A stretch of 64,000 nt of DNA from the IMG/VR virus record IMGVR_UViG_3300042937_000216, positions 58,453-122,452 of that record; one strand, written 5' to 3'. Made by a program: the position numbers and the translations under genes. The stretch comes from a virus. Shown piece after piece: positions 58,933-64,000 of this stretch. Each line of letters opens with the position of its first letter. The stretch's first letter is position 1. The notes under the pieces are model-generated. The model saw nothing but the letters and a program-made list of their open reading frames with translations. It was not told the DNA's origin and did not search any database.

Positions 58933-59172
58933 TTACTTATAAGTTAGCAAAAAATAGCTGAGCATTTTTTCATCGTAGAAGTCTAGATGTATTTGGTATT
59001 GATAGTCCCAAAAATGTCCGTCATTGCTAATGGGCGCACGATGTTCTCGTACAGTGAATCCTAGGCGTTCTCGACAGACCCAAGAAATCATAACACCCCG
59101 CCCGTGGTCCTCAATAATGCGAGGCCACAGGTCGTTGTGCCAATAATCACGTTCAAATATTACAGCTTTCAT
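58933..59172 (-). CDS. small hypothetical protein (FLL-tail family)
   Basis: RERLGFTVREH, HLDFYDE....YFLLTY. Confidence 0.7.
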   Translation of the reverse strand: MKAVIFERDYWHNDLWPRIIEDHGRGVMISWVCRERLGFTVREHRAPISNDGHFWDYQYQIHLDFYDEKMLSYFLLTYK

Positions 59173-60041
59173 ACGTCGAGGTACTTTAACTGAAAGTAAT
59201 CAGCAAAGTGCTCGTAGTTAATATAGCCACGTGGGTTACAGACTACACGTGTTTCGCCAATGGTATAGTCGAAAGCATGGTGAGTATGCCCGTGTAACCA
59301 TAACTTGATCTGTGGACGATATGCTATAAAGTCCTCTAGGTCACTGACAAACGCACCGTTCATAATAGTATCGTGCGCAAACTTAGCATGGATACTCTTA
59401 CGACTTGGCCCGTGATGCCCAATTACCACGAACTTATTATCAGCACGTTCACTTACCACAGCATTGATATAGTCTAACATTAGATCATGTTCTTCTACAC
59501 TGTCACGTGGGCTAAACTTACTAGGTTCTGCTTTTTGTTTGTGACCAATGACCTTGCGATCTATGTTGTACTCGCCATCATCGTATAAAGGAACTGTGCG
59601 ATAGGTTGGCTTATCACTGTTCTTAATACATTGGAAGTCGTTCATCATCATTTTCATATGACCAATAGTGATGTCATCACGTTCATTCATGTCAGTCCAC
59701 AATGTACCACCAATAAATGTAACATCCGCTAACTGATATGTTTCTTTATCCAAGATGTGTATGTTGTCAAACATCTTAAGCGCATCACGCAACTGTATAA
59801 TTGTGTAAGCAAAGTCACCATGATAGTGTTCATGGTTGCCAACAACGTATAACACAATAGGAAACTCCTCGCTACACTGCTTAAAGAATTCTAAGTAGCG
59901 TTTGACAAATTTGTCCTGTGATTTAAAATGATGGGCCACACAGATATCACCTGCTAAGACTAGAACGTCTGCGGCTTCTGTGTTTTTAATTTCTAATGGC
60001 CCAAACTCTAAATGGACGTCGCTTGCGAGTGCTATTTTCAT
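59169..60041 (-). CDS. calcineurin-like metallophosphoesterase
   Basis: SDVHLE, LAGDI, GNHEHY, TLWTD, HHGPS, HGHTH, NPRGY; leaderless promoter on the - strand. Confidence 0.9.
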   Translation of the reverse strand: MKIALASDVHLEFGPLEIKNTEAADVLVLAGDICVAHHFKSQDKFVKRYLEFFKQCSEEFPIVLYVVGNHEHYHGDFAYTIIQLRDALKMFDNIHILDKETYQLADVTFIGGTLWTDMNERDDITIGHMKMMMNDFQCIKNSDKPTYRTVPLYDDGEYNIDRKVIGHKQKAEPSKFSPRDSVEEHDLMLDYINAVVSERADNKFVVIGHHGPSRKSIHAKFAHDTIMNGAFVSDLEDFIAYRPQIKLWLHGHTHHAFDYTIGETRVVCNPRGYINYEHFADYFQLKYLDV

Positions 60042-60072
60042 AAATGTATTATACTATCATTTGGTTAGTTTG

Positions 60073-60273
60073 TCAATGACCGAACGTTAATAAAAACATT
60101 GTAGCCCACTGCTCATCTTCAATTTCGATAATTCTATCATTATTGAAATACCACCATCCGTAACCACCTGTTTGATTATGTAGGACATACTTACGTGGGC
60201 CTACATTCTTATCTAACCAGGTAACACGGTCTTGAATATGCCCGTAGCTTAGATGTCTAATGCTGATCTTCAT
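60073..60273 (-). CDS. small hypothetical protein (FLL-tail family)
   Basis: WL..NVGP, DEQWATMFLLTF; start moved to the ATG overlapping the upstream stop. Confidence 0.65.
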   Translation of the reverse strand: MKISIRHLSYGHIQDRVTWLDKNVGPRKYVLHNQTGGYGWWYFNNDRIIEIEDEQWATMFLLTFGH

Positions 60274-61412
60274 CGTGTAAAAACGTAGACGCCTTCCCAC
60301 TTTTCACGTCCAGCAACCTTATCATTGCCTACACCTGGACGAGTGTTAAGCATCATCTTAACAGTTTGCTTATGTTTAAAACCTAGCTTCTCGGCAAGCT
60401 CAATCCAGCGTTCGCAAACTTTGAATTCTGTTTTACCACCTACTTTATAGTCAGCAATATTAGTAGCAAACACACCATCTGGGTTTAGGCCCTTATGTAT
60501 GTTCTTCATTGTTGGCGCTACGTAACCATCAAACCAATCATCTAATGTAGTAAACTGATTCATACACTGTGTTGGTTCGTCACTGTACTTTTCTAAGTTA
60601 AAGTATGGCGGACTGCTAAACGCTAGGTCCACATCACTAGGTTCAAACACTTCACTGACAGTTTGGTGTAATGTTCCACGACGTCCAAGCGTATCATAGA
60701 TACAGTCATTTAGGTAGTGTAGATATTCAATTGTTTCTGTGTTAGGATCAACTGCGGTATAGTTGTAGCTCATACTACTGCCGCTGATACCTAAGAGCCT
60801 GCCACCATAGCCAGCACTATAATCGTAAACACTCCCCCATAGAACAGGACAAAGGTATTCAACAATAGCACGAGCGTTCTGTGGTTTAAAGTTTTGGATA
60901 TTCTCTCCGGTAACTAGTTCTAAGGCACGCCTAAGTGCTGTAGGACTCGCAAGATTATCGCCAGTCCTAAACTCAAAGCAGATACGGATAGCACGACGTA
61001 GTTTAGTGTCATCTAAAAATCTATCCTTTAGGCTGTTACTACCGCGACCTTTAGGTTCGGCAGTCATCATATTAGGAAAACAAAACCTATTAATACCCTG
61101 CCCTCGATTATTACCTAGACCAATTATGCCATTGTCGACTTCGTTATAACTACCCGCTTGTAAATCGCGTATAGCATCATACAATCCCTGTTCAGTGTAG
61201 TAGTTAATCGGTACAATGTTGATACTACGGTAAATGTTAAACACTTCCTCAATTACCTGCTCGGGTGTTTGCTCATAGCGAGCTTTGGTGTATTCAGCTA
61301 ATTGTACTTCAACTGGTTCGTAACAGGTAAACACATCTAGCCCTTGTAGTAGAGCATGTGTATGATAATTATCTGTACCCCAGGTACGATGTAGGTCTGC
61401 TATGCTGATCAT
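60270..61412 (-). CDS. amino-type (N4-C or N6-A) DNA methyltransferase-like protein
   Basis: FKP..A..I, SAM motif YDYSAGYGGRL, VDPN, catalytic FSSPPYF.LE.Y. Confidence 0.8.
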   Translation of the reverse strand: MISIADLHRTWGTDNYHTHALLQGLDVFTCYEPVEVQLAEYTKARYEQTPEQVIEEVFNIYRSINIVPINYYTEQGLYDAIRDLQAGSYNEVDNGIIGLGNNRGQGINRFCFPNMMTAEPKGRGSNSLKDRFLDDTKLRRAIRICFEFRTGDNLASPTALRRALELVTGENIQNFKPQNARAIVEYLCPVLWGSVYDYSAGYGGRLLGISGSSMSYNYTAVDPNTETIEYLHYLNDCIYDTLGRRGTLHQTVSEVFEPSDVDLAFSSPPYFNLEKYSDEPTQCMNQFTTLDDWFDGYVAPTMKNIHKGLNPDGVFATNIADYKVGGKTEFKVCERWIELAEKLGFKHKQTVKMMLNTRPGVGNDKVAGREKWEGVYVFTR

Positions 61413-61636
61413 TATTCGTGCTTTAGGTAAAAATAAGTTATGTATTCTTCTGCTTCTTGCTGTTTACGCAGATCCCAATGCCAAGTATCGTAGCTCATAC
61501 GCTTTACGCCCTGCCTATGGTCAAGTTCCTTGGCCATGTCAGCAACAGTGACATCCCAACTTAGATCAAACTGATTGGGTTCGTGTGCTATATACATCAC
61601 TAAATGTCTGCCATCTTGTTCGAGTACGATTTTCAT
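61412..61636 (-). CDS. small hypothetical protein
   Basis: Leaderless TTGACT-N17-TATAAT-N6-ATG on the - strand; ends AEEYITYFYLK. Confidence 0.7.
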   Translation of the reverse strand: MKIVLEQDGRHLVMYIAHEPNQFDLSWDVTVADMAKELDHRQGVKRMSYDTWHWDLRKQQEAEEYITYFYLKHE

Positions 61637-61682
61637 ACTATTATTATATGCTCATATTACTCTAAAGTCAAGTGAATATTTT

Positions 61683-61740
61683 GGTTGACTTTTTGGTTAA
61701 ATGACTGTATAATAGCACTTATACACTAAAGCAATGGAGC
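61683..61740 (+). repeat. repeated early promoter unit, partial copy
   Basis: GGTTGACTTTTTGGTTAAATGACTGTATAAT...ATACACTAA...GGAGC; back-to-back with the - strand promoter at 61643-61671. Confidence 0.85.
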
Positions 61741-61745
61741 ACACA

Positions 61746-62141
61746 ATGACATACACATTTGATGAAAACTTAGTTAGCGACCTACACAAAGATGCTCGTG
61801 GTTCACGCCCAGATGAATACTTTTGGGAAGAATGGACCAACATTGATGCGGCTGGCAAACAGTTGATTTGGGAACGTTTATTGGGTGAACTTGATGTTGC
61901 TATCGTTGAAGAACAAACCCGTGAACAACAGGCAATTGATAGCTTTGAAAAGCATGTTGTTTCATTAGAGTCAATTAGTAACTCACGTAAACAATCTATT
62001 AGATGGATTGTTGAAGGTTTAGCTCTTACGGATTCGGATAAAATGTATGGTGGCGATTACATCTGTTACAAGTTGGGTCTACCATACAGTTATGCTAAAG
62101 AATTTGATGAAGTACTGCAGGAATTGGCACTTTTTGGTTGA
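61746..62141 (+). CDS. hypothetical protein
   Basis: GGAG SD favours ATG 61746; SDLHKDARG.RP motif. Confidence 0.75.
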   Translation: MTYTFDENLVSDLHKDARGSRPDEYFWEEWTNIDAAGKQLIWERLLGELDVAIVEEQTREQQAIDSFEKHVVSLESISNSRKQSIRWIVEGLALTDSDKMYGGDYICYKLGLPYSYAKEFDEVLQELALFG

Positions 62142-62192
62142 CTTTTTGGTAAAATGACTGTATAATGCTATACATACACTAACAACACGGAG
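62136..62192 (+). repeat. repeated early promoter + leader + RBS unit, copy 3
   Basis: GGTTGACTTTTTGGTAAAATGACTGTATAATGCTATACATACACTAACAACACGGAG. Confidence 0.9.
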
Positions 62193-62199
62193 ACATTAA

Positions 62200-62472
62200 A
62201 TGAACGCTAAACAAATTACTACTGCTTTAATTCAAGGTACTTTTACCAATGAAGAATTAGCCAGCATTATTGATGCTATTAAGTACGCTCGTTTAAACTT
62301 AGGTAAAGCAACTAAACGTAGCTTGTCTGTTGGTGACAAAGTTCGTTTTGCTAGCTCACGTAGCGGCCAAACAATTACAGGTACAGTGCGCAAACTTGCT
62401 ATTAAAAATATCGTTGTAGATACTCCGCTAGGCGCATATCGTGTACCAGCTAGTATGTTGGAGGCAGTATAA
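62200..62472 (+). CDS. hypothetical protein (SH3/KOW-like C-terminus)
   Basis: L.VGDKV.F.....G....G.V.K...K...V.....YRVP..ML. Confidence 0.7.
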   Translation: MNAKQITTALIQGTFTNEELASIIDAIKYARLNLGKATKRSLSVGDKVRFASSRSGQTITGTVRKLAIKNIVVDTPLGAYRVPASMLEAV

Positions 62473-62474
62473 TT

Positions 62475-62750
62475 ATGGAACTAGTTAAACACACATACCA
62501 AGTTGGCGATGATGTTAGTTATGGTTTTAATGGTGATTGGTACTACGCAGGTAAAGTTGCTAAGATCACTGCTAAGTTTTTAACTACAGAACGTGGCCGT
62601 AAGTTTGGCCTTAGACAATTTAAGGATCGTATCTACGATGCCGCTACATTTGAATATGTAGACGTTGTAAAAGAATACTTTGTTAGTGTTGGACACGGTA
62701 CTTGGACCTTAACTAAAGGTGTTGTTGAAGAACAAAATCCACACTTTTAA
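62475..62750 (+). CDS. hypothetical protein
   Basis: GGAGG SD; VGDDVSY.FNGD.Y; ends NPHF. Confidence 0.7.
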   Translation: MELVKHTYQVGDDVSYGFNGDWYYAGKVAKITAKFLTTERGRKFGLRQFKDRIYDAATFEYVDVVKEYFVSVGHGTWTLTKGVVEEQNPHF

Positions 62751-62757
62751 CCACTGG

Positions 62758-62785
62758 TTGACAAATTGTTAAAAGAGTGTATAAT
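62758..62785 (+). promoter_or_regulatory. early sigma70-type promoter
   Basis: TTGACA-N16-TATAAT. Confidence 0.75.
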
Positions 62786-62817
62786 AGCAGTTAAGTTAAT
62801 TAAGAAAGGAAACACAA

Positions 62818-63027
62818 ATGGGTAATACATTATTACGTTTACGTCAGCGTTTTCCAAAGCGTGTATTTGATGTTACTAACAAAACAGATTTAGCAATATA
62901 TAAACATTATATCAAGGAACACAGTTGGGGCGATACAGGTTGTCCGTTTGAACTAGAGTGGCCTTGGTTAAGTATTCCAGACATGATCGCACATAAGATC
63001 AGCGAGCATGTGGTAGAGAAGTTGTAG
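62818..63027 (+). CDS. hypothetical protein
   Basis: AAGGA SD; W...GCPF.LEWP.L.IP.M. Confidence 0.7.
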   Translation: MGNTLLRLRQRFPKRVFDVTNKTDLAIYKHYIKEHSWGDTGCPFELEWPWLSIPDMIAHKISEHVVEKL

Positions 63028-63077
63028 AAGTAAAGTTGTAAGTTGTAAGTCGTAAATCCTCCTAAAAGCAGTACCTT

Positions 63078-63104
63078 TAAGGACCTTCGGGTCCTTTCTT
63101 TTTA
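63078..63104 (+). terminator. Rho-independent terminator with a UUCG tetraloop
   Basis: AAGGACC-TTCG-GGTCCTT followed by TCTTTTT. Confidence 0.9.
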
Positions 63105-63119
63105 GCTAAATATTGTATC

Positions 63120-63395
63120 ATGACTTCATTCGTTCTCAACGCAACTCTACAAAGCCAGGCCACACCAGTATTACGCAAAGGCCCTATCAAGATCACCACT
63201 ACAGTATCAGTATACTGGAAGGTTGGCGAGAATCCTGTGGCAAACACCAATTGCGCACTACTACGTGCTGGACAAAGTATTGACCTAGTCCTACCAGTAA
63301 AGTGTAGCAAAGTAGCAGTCTTAGCAGTCAACGACCCAGGGTCGGTTACTGTTTCTGAAACAGGCGGTGGCGCCAGTTCTAGTTGTTCTGCTTAA
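63120..63395 (+). CDS. small beta-rich hypothetical protein
   Basis: TAAATA 7 nt before the ATG; similar pattern to the next ORF (V...VG..P.A...C.LL, K.A, G.V.V). Confidence 0.65.
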   Translation: MTSFVLNATLQSQATPVLRKGPIKITTTVSVYWKVGENPVANTNCALLRAGQSIDLVLPVKCSKVAVLAVNDPGSVTVSETGGGASSSCSA

Positions 63396-63436
63396 AGTCT
63401 GATAAATAATATAAAGACATTTTAAGGATAACAGAA

Positions 63437-63742
63437 ATGCCAAGCCCAGAAGCACAAATTGTTTATATCAATGCCACAGCAGGTAGCAACAGCCAATCAG
63501 TTGGTACTGCTATTACCAGCACCAAAGTACGTGTAGTAGCCAATGTAGCAGTACACTACTCGGTAGGAGTTACTCCTTCAGCATACAGAGGAAACTGCGA
63601 AATTCTTCCTCCAGACACTGTACGCTATATTAACATGGAAGGTGTGGGCAACAAGATTGCTTTTAACCCAACAAACAATGTTATGGGCGAAGTGTCGGTA
63701 GTTAACTGCGGATATGTTGACGGTAGTAGAGTAACTTATTAA
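63437..63742 (+). CDS. small beta-rich hypothetical protein, paralogue-like to the preceding ORF
   Basis: TAAATA at 63403; AAGGA SD. Confidence 0.7.
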   Translation: MPSPEAQIVYINATAGSNSQSVGTAITSTKVRVVANVAVHYSVGVTPSAYRGNCEILPPDTVRYINMEGVGNKIAFNPTNNVMGEVSVVNCGYVDGSRVTY

Positions 63743-63743
63743 T

Positions 63744-64000
63744 ATGCGTGTAGCAGAAATATTACATCATTTAATTGATTTGCTTGACCAAGAAGAGCAA
63801 ACACAAGAACAAGAGCCCACACCAACGGATGACCTTGGTGTGATGGTTCCACCCTTACAACAAAAATTAGAAATCCTTAAAAAATCACAGGGCATGGAAA
63901 ACGTCTACGACGAAGAACCTGCCGACGAACTAGATCTAATCAAACGCAACGCAGGTATAGCAGTAATAACTGCCGCAGAAGAAGACGAACCGTTCGAAGG
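63744..64000 (+). CDS. hypothetical protein, runs off the window end
   Basis: MRVAEIL...MVPPLQQKLEILKK; open to the end of the window. Confidence 0.65.
   Translation, partial: MRVAEILHHLIDLLDQEEQTQEQEPTPTDDLGVMVPPLQQKLEILKKSQGMENVYDEEPADELDLIKRNAGIAVITAAEEDEPFE

Noticed and set aside
1-64000. tRNA or rRNA genes, and stop-codon reassignment
   Set aside because: No cloverleaf was recognised in the intergenic gaps by eye. Conserved genes are full length under the standard code and end normally at TAA, TAG or TGA.

Overview
This 64 kb window reads as part of a large lytic T4-like or jumbo-type dsDNA phage genome. It is AT-rich, densely coded and mostly on the + strand. Core phage functions are a UvsW-like helicase, a gp62-like clamp-loader subunit, a primase, a replicative helicase, nrdA/nrdB with a free-standing HNH gene between them, glutaredoxin, a PD-(D/E)XK nuclease, fibre and baseplate proteins and an SleB-like hydrolase. 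Two promoter classes recur: sigma70-type TTGAC-N17-TATAAT and T4-late-like TAAATA. Host-derived metabolic genes are unusually many: ahcY, fhs, two porins, a PlcP-like phosphoesterase, iscU/iscA/DUF1289, two radical-SAM enzymes, a TauD-like dioxygenase and an 8-gene methylated NDP-sugar cluster. They suggest a betaproteobacterial, possibly Methylophilaceae, host (inference). The most notable observations are: (1) a 196-aa miniature C-family (DnaE) polymerase core that keeps the catalytic aspartate motifs; (2) a Pho-box-preceded porin plus phospholipase-C-like cassette; (3) at least six genes with ATG exactly 6 nt after a -10 box (leaderless), together with three candidate small RNA elements carrying anti-Shine-Dalgarno or 16S-3'-end-like sequence; (4) a ~57-bp promoter+RBS unit repeated 45 kb apart; (5) a ligase-like nucleotidyltransferase and neighbours sharing a capsid-targeting-like N-terminus. 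All family calls come from motif recognition by eye; no database search was run.
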